This document shows, piece after piece, positions 11,856-31,553 of a stretch of 64,000 bases of DNA (its first letter is position 1; every line of letters starts with the position of its first letter). This stretch comes from Eimeria praecox (taxonomy: Eukaryota), in NCBI GenBank assembly GCA_963920595.1, contig OY986950.1, positions 3,472,001 through 3,536,000 of the forward strand, in the 5' to 3' direction. The notes beneath the pieces were generated by a model that worked only from the letters and a program-made list of their open reading frames with translations, made no database searches and was not told the origin of the DNA. Position numbers and translations under genes: made by a program.

Positions 11856-12592
11856 GAACAGAAACCACTTCACGGTTTCGTTTAATCCTGTTCTTCTCTA
11901 ACCTTCATATTGTCTTCCTTTCCCTTTTGCATCATTATAGGGGTGTCCACGAGTCTGGGGTAAAGGGACGTTCAGTTAAGCCAAATATTCGGCGGTCCAT
12001 CAAGAGGAGGGTCCAGGCTTTTCAACCCTGTGTAACAGCCTTGTCGGAATTCGAGAGAAGTGGCGCTCCTGCATCTCTTGCTTCTATGCCTCTATCCGAA
12101 CCTCTACCCGGTGTCCCGACGGTCTCACGAGGTCTCCCAGAGGTGTGTGCGCTACTATTCTGCCTTGTGTTGCTTGCAGGATTGTGGTGCTCCCCTGTAT
12201 GCAGCTTATTCAGGTCCGCCTATCTGCTAACTTGGGATTCTGCTATTAGCGTGTACGCCACTTCCTAACGTGGATTTTGCCACTCTAGGTCTCTGAATAT
12301 AGGCGCCTCCTCTGGGTATTGCTACCTCTAGGAACTCTACTAATAGCTAACACTAACGTGGTGTAGATATTGGCCCTTTTACCGGTGGTACAGTGTGCTG
12401 GAACTTGTTATGAGGCCTTACCGTACATGTGTGTTCGCGTGCCTCTAAGCTAGGCCATTGACTGTGTAGATAATCTTCTATCGCCACATGGGGTGCTCTT
12501 GCACCCCTTCCCCCCCTTCCACAGGGCGGGAAGCGTGAGGCAGCTGGCGAGAAGGGAAGTTGGAGGGGCCGAAACGAGGAGAGGGCAGCGGA

Positions 12593-12900
12593 TCAGGGCG
12601 GAGCGCTGTTTCGCTGACGGCGCCGCCAGGCGCGTAGCAGTGCAGGGCAACCCTCCAAATGGCTAGCGGGTTCCCAGGTGGCCTGCTCCTCCAGGAAGCC
12701 CCGCCACTTGACCAGGTAGTAGGCCTCGTCGCCGGAGCCGCGCTGGTCCATGATGTAGTCGACTTCGTATTGATCCGTGGGATTGCCTGCAGCATCTCGG
12801 GTGGGAGGCCACTCCACGACGGCCTCCTGAGGACGGTCAGGAACTAACTGGGAGACATGGAAGACATCATGGCATTCGTAAGTAGGGGGCAACGCGAGGC
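12593..12900 (-). pseudogene. Integrase C-terminus and chromodomain of element C, cut off from integrase by an 8-bp duplication and a stop
   Basis: HDVFHVSQL, then YEVDYIMDQR...YYLVKWRGF...ATWEP (chromodomain signature). Confidence 0.93.
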
Positions 12901-14330
12901 GCTAAGCAACACTGCAACACTCCCAATGCTCTCAGTAATAGCGAAGGATCCCCGGAAGCGGGGTTCAAACTTAGGACATGTATTTAGAGGTGGAAGGTGC
13001 TTGCTGCTCAGCCAGACTTTGTCGCCCACCGCATACTCCACTTCGCGGCGGCGGGTATCTGCGTAGTGCTTTTGTTGACATTTTGCCTTCAGGATGTGAC
13101 GCTGGGCCCGGTCGCAGAGGTGGCGGAAAAGCTTCGTCATCGGCGGAGTAAGGATAGGGGAGAGAGCACCGACGACATCAAGATCCGCCGCTGTCAGGGG
13201 GTTCTCCCCAATCATGACCTCGAAGGGGGAAAGTTCAGTGGACGAATGACTAGTGGTGTTGTACACGAGTTCTAGGGCAGGTAGTAAGCACTCCCACTCA
13301 CGTTCGTCGGATTGGATGTAGGTGCGGAGCATTTGTTCGAGCGTCCGATTCACTCGTTCTGTTTGGCCGTCGCTTTGAGGGTGATACGAGGAAGACAAAG
13401 CGCGTTTGATGTTGAAACGCGCACACAGCTGCTGCCATAGGTCGGATTGGAAACGTGGATCACGGCCCGAAATGAGTACCTCTGGCAGCCCATGGCAACG
13501 AATAAGACGATCAGCGAGAACATCCACGGTATCGGCGGCTGTGAATGTCTTTTTCGCTGGGACAAAGTGCGCCATCTTGCTAAGGGAATCGACCAGCACC
13601 AGGATAGAGTCATGGCCAGTCGTCGTAAGCGGAAGATCAGTGATGAAATCCAAGCTGACGTGGCTCCAGCGGCGAGGGGGAATAATTAACTGCTGGAGAA
13701 GACCGGCAGGCTTTTGGTTGAGGGACTTGGAGGCGCGGCATTGCGTACATGACTCCACGTAGGCGTTAGTGTAAGTGTGCATGCCGGGCCAGTAATAAAG
13801 TTTGCTGAGAGATAAGAACGTTTTCTTCTGCCCCCGATGCCCGGCTGTTACGTGATCGTGATGGTTATAGAGAAGGTGTGTAGGGAACTCTGGAAACTGC
13901 GGAAGGCGTATACGCCATAAGCCGTGTAGGCAAACGCTGAGGAAAGGGGGGACAAATCGGAAGGCGAGGAGACGATTGCGGAATTCCAGCTGGACGGTTG
14001 CACCGGTTGCCTGAACCGCCGAGGTGTAGGGGACCCGGAAGACGGGATACTTCGCATAAGCTGCCGGCCAATCCAAGGTTGCAGAAACAGCGGGCCGCAC
14101 TGGGGGGATGGAGGAAGGCTCGCTGTCGTCAGGAGAAGACTCGTTGGCCTGGGACAACGAGGGGGGAGACTGCGGGCGAGGCCGAGGCGGGCGCCGACGA
14201 ATGCCAGCCAGCTGCCGGTGGTTGACTTGCGTCCGCCTGGTGTGATGAGCTGGTGCTGGGTGTGCAGAAGCTAACAGAAGCGGTGCGAAGGACCCCGAGA
14301 GGGGAGGCGGAGATAGACGAGGCGCCGGAT
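12901..14330 (-). pseudogene. Integrase of element C (HHCC zinc finger + DDE core)
   Basis: HDHVTAGH...CTQC, SLDFITDL, ISGRDPRF (usually SDRD), DGQTERVN. In the +1 frame relative to RT/RNase H; exact shift point uncertain. Confidence 0.93.
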
Positions 14331-16993
14331 TGTGAGGAGGGATGACAAGGAAGACGAGACAACGCATCGGCCACTGTGTTACGTGCACCCTGTAGATAGG
14401 TGATAGTGAGATCAGGAAACTCCGCGAGGAAATCTAACCACCGGGCGGTGCGTCCCCTCAAGGGCTTGGACGTCTGGAGCTGCCGCAAGTGGGTAAGGGC
14501 TTGATGGTCAGTGAATGCTGTTACCTTAGCGACGCGAAGTAGGTGAGACCACTTGTCGAGGGCTGTGACTAGTGCCAACAGTTCCTGGTCGTAGATCGAA
14601 TATTTCTGTTGCACGGGAGTCATGGCCTGACTGAGGAACCCAATTGGCTGTCCAGCTTTTTCGAGTACGCCACCAATGGCGTAGCCGGATGCATCGGTGT
14701 AGAGCTCAAAAGGCTTACAGGTGTCGGGGACCTGGAGGGTGGTGTAGTCAATGAGACGTCGCTTGAGTTGGCAAACCGCCTGGGTGTGTGCGTCTGTCCA
14801 GTGAAAAGGGGTGTCTTTGCGAGTCAGCGTAATCAGGGGACGGGAAATGTCTGCATAATCGGGACCCATAAACATACGGCAGTAATTAACAGTACCAAGG
14901 AACTGGCGTACTTGCGTCTCATTCTCCAGCGCCTCTGGGCACACCCGGATTGCTTCGATCTTGTCTGTTGCAGGTTTTATCCCTTCTGCACTAATGGTAT
15001 ATCCCAAATACGTGAGCTCCTGGCGCGCGAACTGGCACTTGCGAAATTTCGGGTAGAACTGATTGGTGAGAAAGATGCTTAACACCTTTCGTAGGAGAAC
15101 AACATGAGTAGGTAGATCAGCTGAATATATGAGGGCATCATCAAGATATGCAATCACTCCATGTCCTAGCAAGGGTTGTAAGTAGGCATGTATGTTTGCT
15201 TGAAAGGTAGCAGGAGCACCCTTCATGCCGAACGGCATGACTTTGTATTCGAACAGGCCTAAGATTGAACGAAAGGCTGTCTTCCAGCGATCCTCTTTGG
15301 CCATACGGATCTGGTGGAAGCCTGCCTCTAAGTCGAGAGTGGAGAAGTACTTGGCGCCGCTCAGCATCTCCAAGATCGTTTGGACCGGCGGTAATGGAAA
15401 GCCAGGCACTACCGTAAGCGCATTTAGGGCTTGGTAGTTAACCACCATACGCATCTGACGCTCGCCTGTACCATCATCTCGTTTATCAACCATGATCGTG
15501 GGTGCGCAGATGAGGGAGTATGTGGGGACGATCCACCCATGTGCTGACAGCTTGGCGATTTCCTGTTCGTGAAAGCGAAGCTGATCAGGAGTCATACGGT
15601 AAAGTGCCGATTTAGTTGGGAGCTTGCCAGGGGCTAAAAGGATGCGGTGGTCGTGCGGTCGCTTGGGCGGCAAACCTGGTGGTAAGCTGTCAGGGAAAAC
15701 GTGTCTATGTGTCTGCAGCACTTCGCGTATCTCCTGTGGGAGGTCCTGGGAGTCGGATGACTGCATCCACTCGTCGAAGAGGGTGAACTCCAGCTTCGCC
15801 GTAGGCCATGGTGAGTCTTCATCATCCGTAGCATGCGGTATATCCACTGCAGGTGTAGGGAGGGCTTCCTTTGCCTGTGTATTGGCGTGACTAATAATTG
15901 CGCAGCACAAGGCTCCTTGTTGCTCTTCAGGTATCCGAAGGGCAACGGATACCTCAACTTCGGGCAAAGCCAATACCATATTCCACCCGTGGAGTGGAGT
16001 TCGTAACCCAGTGGTGTTGGCTCGTGCTTGTTCGATCAAGGCTTTGATAGGCACTTTCTTTCCAGGCCTGGTGCGCGGCTTAGTTCGCGTGGGAGACGAT
16101 TGTAAAAGGGCAGTGGCCTCCTCCTCGGTCATCTGAGCCACTTGCCGAGCCAGAAGGTCGTATGCTTGCTCGGCTGGAGTCCTTTTGGGCGCGACTTGGT
16201 TATCATCTTCAGTTCGTTTGGCCATGTGTGTACGCACCAGGGGCAATTCACACCACCTGCCATCCAGATACATCCTCAGCTTGTCTGACTGGAAATACCA
16301 GGAAACCTTATGCCTCGTCAACCAATCAAGTCCTAGGACGATATCATAGGGGACGGCACCCACTAGATAATCACCGGTAAAACATTCCCGCCCGCACCAG
16401 ACCGTCAAACGTTTCACGGTTCTATCAATACGCAACTGGGCACCGTTCGCTATGGTAAACACACACACATCCGAAAGTTTCCACACTTTCAGCTGTAAGG
16501 CTTCAACCAAACGGGGGTTGATGAAACGGCGTGAGGCTCCAGTATCGAGGAGCGCCTCACAGGAACGCCCTGCCACCTCTACAGGTAGGACAGCCGGCGC
16601 GCCCACGGTGCACAACATTCTCTCCATCTTGGAGCCCTCATTTGCAACGAGCTCCCGCCACAACGGTGGCAATTCAACGTTTGTAACTGACTGACGGTCC
16701 TCAACAGACACTCCGACGTTCACGTCTCTGCTGTTGTCGGTATTACGCTTCTCCTCCCCGTTGCCTGCTGGTGCCTGTGCAGCTGTCTGGCGCTCTGCTG
16801 ACAGCTTCCGACAAGCAGTTGGCCTTTGATCGTCCGCTGGTGCCCCTTGCTCCTTGTGGATTAGCTTCTCTGCCCACCGAGGGGAGACTGGAATGGCATT
16901 AGGTTCTGTTGCTACTGCGCACATCACACCTCTGCCACGATTTGGCAGCCTAGCACGTTTGTCTCCCGCAACGCCTAGGCTCCCCCGTTTAAA
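14129..16993 (-). CDS. pol: Pol of element C: aspartic protease, reverse transcriptase, RNase H
   Basis: LLDTGA; LDLEAGFHQI, MPFG, YLDD; TDAS, DQELLA, TDH, ADALSR. Confidence 0.96.
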   Translation of the reverse strand, partial: FKRGSLGVAGDKRARLPNRGRGVMCAVATEPNAIPVSPRWAEKLIHKEQGAPADDQRPTACRKLSAERQTAAQAPAGNGEEKRNTDNSRDVNVGVSVEDRQSVTNVELPPLWRELVANEGSKMERMLCTVGAPAVLPVEVAGRSCEALLDTGASRRFINPRLVEALQLKVWKLSDVCVFTIANGAQLRIDRTVKRLTVWCGRECFTGDYLVGAVPYDIVLGLDWLTRHKVSWYFQSDKLRMYLDGRWCELPLVRTHMAKRTEDDNQVAPKRTPAEQAYDLLARQVAQMTEEEATALLQSSPTRTKPRTRPGKKVPIKALIEQARANTTGLRTPLHGWNMVLALPEVEVSVALRIPEEQQGALCCAIISHANTQAKEALPTPAVDIPHATDDEDSPWPTAKLEFTLFDEWMQSSDSQDLPQEIREVLQTHRHVFPDSLPPGLPPKRPHDHRILLAPGKLPTKSALYRMTPDQLRFHEQEIAKLSAHGWIVPTYSLICAPTIMVDKRDDGTGERQMRMVVNYQALNALTVVPGFPLPPVQTILEMLSGAKYFSTLDLEAGFHQIRMAKEDRWKTAFRSILGLFEYKVMPFGMKGAPATFQANIHAYLQPLLGHGVIAYLDDALIYSADLPTHVVLLRKVLSIFLTNQFYPKFRKCQFARQELTYLGYTISAEGIKPATDKIEAIRVCPEALENETQVRQFLGTVNYCRMFMGPDYADISRPLITLTRKDTPFHWTDAHTQAVCQLKRRLIDYTTLQVPDTCKPFELYTDASGYAIGGVLEKAGQPIGFLSQAMTPVQQKYSIYDQELLALVTALDKWSHLLRVAKVTAFTDHQALTHLRQLQTSKPLRGRTARWLDFLAEFPDLTITYLQGARNTVADALSRLPCHPSSQSGASSISASPLGVLRTASVSFCTPSTSSSHQADASQPPAAGWHSSAPASASPAVSPLVVPGQRVFS
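16947..16993 (-). promoter_or_regulatory. Putative -1 programmed ribosomal frameshift signal (U UUA AAC + downstream hairpin)
   Basis: Gag frame reads CAT TTA AAC GGG GGA GCC TAG and pol is in the -1 frame. After a 5-nt spacer, AGCCTAGGCGTT...AACGTGCTAGGCT forms a 12-bp stem with one bulge. Confidence 0.85.
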
Positions 16994-18048
16994 TGTTGAG
17001 ATCGCTGCTCCTTCTGTTGTGCGGCTATCGATGAAGTGTGACTTCCCCCTCCTGTCCCCATACGAACAGGTGTTCGGCATTCGCGAGCGTAGTGGCCCAT
17101 ACCTCCACAGTTCCGACACTCTTCTCCGGATTTGTTCGATGTCGGATCACCGGTTGGACAATTCTTAGCAATGTGCCCCTTGCCTTTACACTGGTAACAC
17201 ACCATTTCTGTTCGGTAACCTGATGCTCGGGTGTTCCGTCTAATCTCATGAGACACGGGCGCACGTGGAAACTCCGCTGCTCTTCCTGTCAGACTAAGTT
17301 GGAACTCCCGTTCCCGCCTACGGAATTCCTCCTGTGTTGCTGCCCACGGGGCGGCGACAGCTGCTAATGCGTGGGCGGCCTCCCTCCAGTCGCTGAAGTG
17401 TTTCGTACCTCGCTGCGTTACGGCCCATCTGAGTTCCGCTGAAATATTCGTTAAGAAATAACCAACTAAGTCTTCTGCCGACAGCTGGGATCCTCGGGCC
17501 ACGATTCGACTGAAGTTAGCCGTATAGGTGCTGTAGTCCCCTTCCCATTTGTTAGCTGCCATTTGATAAATGAGTGTTGCTCGATCTATCGTGCAGAAAC
17601 ATCTTATTAATTCCTGTTTGATGAGTGCCCAATTAGTCATGTCCCTACCAGATTGTTTCAGGTCCATCCAGCACTGTAGGGTGTCCTCGTCGAGGTATTC
17701 TCCAAGCTCGTCACCTCAGAGCTCTTGCGGAATAGACATCTTCCTGAACCGTTGTTCTATAAGCATTAAAAAGGGTTGCATGTTATTGCCCTTCTCCCGA
17801 GCGAGGGGCAGGGGTGGTACGAATGACGACCGCTGCACACTCATCTGAATAAGGCAATTCTGCAGCCGTTCTACTTCTTGTCTTAGTCTGGCTATTTCAT
17901 CGGACTGATGCTCTTGTGGCTGCATTTCCACAACCGGTTTCTTTGGAGCCGCAATATGAGGAAGTTCTCGGGCGGCTGGGTTGGCGCCGGCAGTAGGTTG
18001 AGGTGCCAAAGTGCGGTTGGATCGAGCCTGTTGCTGTACTGTGGACAT
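16975..18048 (-). pseudogene. gag: Gag of element C with one in-frame TGA (17716-17718)
   Basis: ORFs 17716-18081 and 16975-17667 share a frame. Zinc knuckles CYQCKGKGHIAKNC and CRNCGGMGHYAREC. First in-frame ATG at 18048. Confidence 0.9.
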
Positions 18049-18231
18049 TCGCCTCGACGCGGGTTCGGGTGGACCTATCACTCGGCCATTACCTAAGTGC
18101 GTGGCGATTGCCTCCAGGAGACTTGCTCGCCGAGGTCCCCAGGTCCGTAGAATGAGGTTGTTTGTGTGAAATGAAATGAGCAGAAGAGGAAAAGTTATTG
18201 TTTTTTTTGGTTTTTATTTTTTTTTGTTTAT

Positions 18232-18249
18232 ATCCCGGAGCAGCCCCCA
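18232..18249 (-). promoter_or_regulatory. Primer binding site, tRNA-Pro type
   Basis: Minus strand CA-TT-TGGGGGCTGCTCCGGGAT, 16/18 identical to the MLV tRNA-Pro PBS TGGGGGCTCGTCCGGGAT. Confidence 0.85.
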
Positions 18250-18251
18250 AA

Positions 18252-18659
18252 TGTAGTGAACAGTTGGCCAACACTGTTACTACGATAGATCCCTAGGCTA
18301 GACAGAGTAGGTGCACACGCTACCATCTCGCTCTTAAACCTATGATTCTCGCTGAAACCGTTAATAAACACCGTTAACAACCAAATATATGATCGAGTTC
18401 CTATTATTGTTCCCCAAGGAAAAGCCAGAATAATAGAACTGATGATCGACCCTCGCTGAGGGCCCGGACCAGAGTCCCAGCAACAGCCTCACACCCGGCC
18501 CCAAGCTGGTGCTGGCTGGCGGGCCCTCTGATCCTATTAAGCTGCCTTGCTATCTAAAGTGTCCTAATCTCGGAAATCTTCTTAAGTGTTCATTCCTTTT
18601 CATGACATCAGGCCTCTAGAGGCCACACCAGAGATCCATTGTAGTGCCCGTGCACTACA
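18252..18659 (-). repeat. 5' LTR of element C (408 bp)
   Basis: Direct repeat of 11431-11838, adjacent to the PBS. Confidence 0.97.
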
Positions 18660-18664
18660 CCCAG

Positions 18665-19810
18665 TGTCTACCCCAGCAAGAGGCTAGGAGAGTCACGTCG
18701 CTGCGGTTAGCAGTAACGAGCAAGGTTACGCGGTTAAGCGAAAGATAAGGACAGAAAACTGTGATTTCGGATCCCAATGGTGGCGGGAGATGTGTGTAAG
18801 AGCGCAGACTATGACGAAGGAGGCATGCTGTGTAGTGTGGGAACTACAGGCGCGCTTCGATTTGGTGTGGGTAGAAGCCCTCGTGAAGCGCTATTAGATA
18901 CTGGAGCGCTGTGAAACTTCATTAGCCCGCTAGCAGTGAAACGACTGCGGTTGAAGGGGTGGCGGCCCCCCAAAGAGTGTATATTCATTGTAGCTAATAG
19001 TGAGCAACTGTTTAGTTGACCGCCGTCGTGCCAGGCTTGACAATGCGGTATGGCCGTGAGCATTTTTTGCGAGATTTCTTAGTGTAATGGCCAAGCAAGT
19101 GGCAGGCATGGCAGCAGAAGAGGCAGCAACCCTCCTACATTATCTCCCGAAGACTTTTAAGCCACACGCGAGACTAAAAGTAATCGCGCGTGAGGTGAGT
19201 GTACAACAAGCGAAGGCAAACTCGGAAGGCCTCAGTGACCCACTACAGGAGCATAATCTCATACAGGCCTCACCACAATCTAGCAAGCGAGGGCTCCTGA
19301 GACTTACGGATGAACTCCAAGGGGCATTTCCTTGTGCATTCATCGTGCACACCACATCAAACAGGGGTATGACGAGTGTAGAAGCCCCTCTACCCACTAA
19401 GAAGGCTGGGGTGTATGAGTATTCACCATGGCCTACTACAGCTAAACTCGAATACTCATTGTTTTTCGAGTGGCTGTGGCCCCCATCGTAGCAGAGTAAC
19501 CTCAATGAGGTATTTGAGATGCTGCCTGAACATCAAAATGCTGGCTTCTCTGACTCCTCCTCCCCCCCCCCGCACTACTCTAGCTGCAGGCCTGCGCCAT
19601 ATTTATGCTGTCTGAGAGGCTGTCTGTCAAATCTGCTGTATACAGCATGAGGTACAACCCCCTCAATTTTCACAAGCAGGAGATAGATAAGCTATCAGCT
19701 CATGGGTGAATAGGACAAACGTAGTCCTTTTATCTGTGCCCCCAAGATCATGGCCAAGAAAGATGATCAAAATTCGGAGGAATCCCGGGGAGAGCTCCTG
19801 AATTTCTACT
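18665..19810 (+). mobile_element. Degenerate element B, 3' part (protease, linker, start of RT), truncated
   Basis: GMLCSVG...EALLDTGAL*NFISP...CIFIVANSEQL, AKQVAGMAAEEAATLL...SPWPTTAKLEYSLFFEW and ICAPKIMAKKDD are all colinear with C's pol. Confidence 0.88.
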
Positions 19811-19833
19811 ACATGATATCGCCGGTGTACGCT

Positions 19834-19899
19834 AAAACCTAAACCCTAAACCCTAAACCCTAAGCCCTAAACCCTAAACCCTTAACCCTTAACCCTAAA
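19834..19899. repeat. Interstitial telomere-like (AAACCCT)n array at the segment boundary
   Basis: About 9 imperfect heptamer units. Further arrays at ~23218-23345, 33611-33725, 37025-37085, 37537-37572, 37746-37783, 39501-39705, 41666-41697, 44308-44364, 44577-44618, 49890-50092, 52170-52705, 53364-53520, 56483-56537, 58762-58797. Confidence 0.95.
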
Positions 19900-21085
19900 G
19901 CCCGTTCTTACCGCTGGAGTTCCATGTTTTATTTCTCTCTTGTTTTATATTTGTATTGATTTGATGGTAAACAGGCAATCCCTCTCCTCCATTGTTTGTC
20001 ACCGAGGCGGCAAGGGGCCTCAAAATCTGAGCAAATAAAATACAATCAACAAGTGCATGCAAAGTAGGAGCGAGCAGAACCAGCGCATGCATGCACGTCA
20101 TCTATAAAAAAAATATCCTACAACCCGAGAAAGTTATGAATAAACAAACAACAGGCAAGGCGATACGAAGGCTCGCTATATACAAGGTGTACACAGACAG
20201 CTTAAGTGTCATGAAAGTGATAAGCTCTTTCTTTGGGGTTGTACAGCAGGCAGCTATTTATATATATATACATTTTCCTCTGTTTTAGTATTGCAAGCAA
20301 CAGGACGAGGGGATACAGCTACTAGGGGCTGCTTCAGCTGGCAGTTCAGATTCAAATACAATATAAAGCCTTATTTTTCTTTCAATTTTGTTTTAAACTT
20401 GATAGATATTATATATTGTTTGTAGCAGCTCACACAACTTCAGGGAGGGGGGGGGGGCCCTTCCAGTCGGCTGTACACAGAGTGCTGTTGCTTGCCGCTG
20501 CAGCACAACTTTTGTTTCTTAACACAAGACAAGACGCCAACGTGCTGTTGAAATGATTTGATAATAAATATACAACTCAATATATTGCCTAATCCCTTAG
20601 CAGCAGACTTGAGGTGTCTGTACACCTGAAGGGCAGGGGTAGCCGTCGGATCGGAAACAACTCACCGCCCCTCTTTCTCTTTCTTTTCAGGTCTTCTACT
20701 GTTTAAAGAAGCTCCTTTTTAATGAAAAACACTATAGGAGCTTCTATATATACTTTATTCTTTACATTGCTGTAGCAATACGCCTTACTGCACCAGACCA
20801 CTGCAGCAGCCGGGCTGTGGCGGTTCCTCTTCTGCGGCCGCTTCCGTTGCTGCTGTTGCTGCTGCTTCTGTAGCTGATTTAGCTGCAGCAGCAGCAGCAG
20901 CAGTAGCAGCAGCAGCAGCCACAGAGAAACGCTACGAAAGGGCAGAGCTTCCAGCGCGGGAGCAGGCGTGCTGCTGCCTCGAGCCGCTCCTCAGCGCCAA
21001 GACAGGGGCAGCAGCAGCCACAGCTACAGCAGCAAACAGCAGCAGCAGCAGCAGCAGTAGTAGTATCAACACAGCAGCAACAGCA

Positions 21086-21122
<37 letters not shown>

Positions 21123-21217
21123 TAGGTGGCAGCTGGATGCTGCGCTCCCAACGGGATGGCTTTCAACGCCCATTGGCCGGAAGTGTGTGCGATAGAACCA
21201 ACAGCACGAGTATCAGG

Positions 21218-21251
<34 letters not shown>

Positions 21252-21255
21252 GCAG

Positions 21256-21288
<33 letters not shown>

Positions 21289-21297
21289 GCAGAGGGA

Positions 21298-30497
<9,200 letters not shown>

Positions 30498-30678
30498 TTG
30501 CTTTGTTTGATATTTGCTGCTGCTGCTGCTGCTGCCGCTGCTGCTGCTGCTGCTTTGTAGTGCTGCTGTCTGGTTAGGTGTTTGTGTAGCTAGCCAGCTA
30601 GCTAACAGCTAGCGTTGAAGCAGCTAGACAGCGGAGGATGCAGCAAGCTGCTGCCACTTCCGGGCTTGTTTGTGGCTG

Positions 30679-30770
<92 letters not shown>

Positions 30771-31071
30771 ACTGCAGCAGCAGCAGTAGCAGCAGCAGCT
30801 GCTGCTGCTGTTGCAGCCTCACAGCGAAAACCTTTCCGATTTCAGGTATTGTTCGTCTATCTATATGCAGAGTGTAGCAGCAGCAGCAGCAGCAGTAGCA
30901 GCAGCAGCAGTAGCAGCAGCAGCAGTAGCAGCAGCAGTAGTAGCAGCAGTAGCAGCAGGAGCAGTAGCAGCAGCAGCAGTAGCAGCAGTAGCAGCGGCAG
31001 CAGCAGTAGCAGCAGCAGCAGACAGGGAAGTGTTCTTGTTCTTTGTTGCTGCTAGTAGAAGAGACAGCTAT

Positions 31072-31112
<41 letters not shown>

Positions 31113-31209
31113 CAGAGAGACAAATATAAAAATATAAAGACAGAGACAGAAAGATAGAGATATCCAAATAAAGACAAGTGAAGAGACAGAAGAACACAGA
31201 GACACACAG

Positions 31210-31248
<39 letters not shown>

Positions 31249-31454
31249 GACAGAGACAGAGACAGAGACAGGGAGAGAGGCAGAGATAGAGATAGACAGA
31301 CAGAGAGAGATAGAGATAGGCAGACAGAGAGAGAGGACAGACAGAGAGAGACAGAGAGAGACAGCGAGAGAGACAGAGAGAAACAGAGAGAGACACAGAG
31401 AGACTGGGAGGGCGACAGAGAGACAGATAGAGATACATTGTCTCTGTCTCCCTG

Positions 31455-31487
<33 letters not shown>

Positions 31488-31520
31488 GTCTCTCTCTCTG
31501 TCTCTCTCTGTCTCTCTCTC

Positions 31521-31553
<33 letters not shown>

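Larger units (their letters stand above)
11431..18659 (-). mobile_element. Full-length Ty3/gypsy chromovirus LTR retrotransposon C (7.2 kb), young but inactivated
   Basis: Two 408-bp LTRs with TGTAGTG...CACTACA ends. 5-bp TSD CCCAG at 11426-11430 and 18660-18664. PBS and PPT present. Gag with 2 CCHC knuckles, then PR-RT-RH-IN-chromodomain. Confidence 0.98.

Noticed and set aside
11927..12268. Antisense 113-aa ORF with a hydrophobic stretch in element C's 3' UTR (env-like?)
   Set aside because: Non-ATG start, antisense, short, no recognisable motif. It would need conservation across copies.
17716..17718. Programmed stop readthrough or selenocysteine in gag
   Set aside because: The homologous position in element B is Trp, so TGG>TGA decay is simpler.
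18341..18353. tRNA gene inside the LTR
   Set aside because: Only 13 nt resemble tRNA-Pro and there is no cloverleaf. Reported instead as a possible primer-interaction box.
30587..30627. Cluster of TAGCTA/CAGCTAG motifs resembling an ApiAP2 site
   Set aside because: Lies 3' of a gene and is easily derived from CAG repeats by point mutation.
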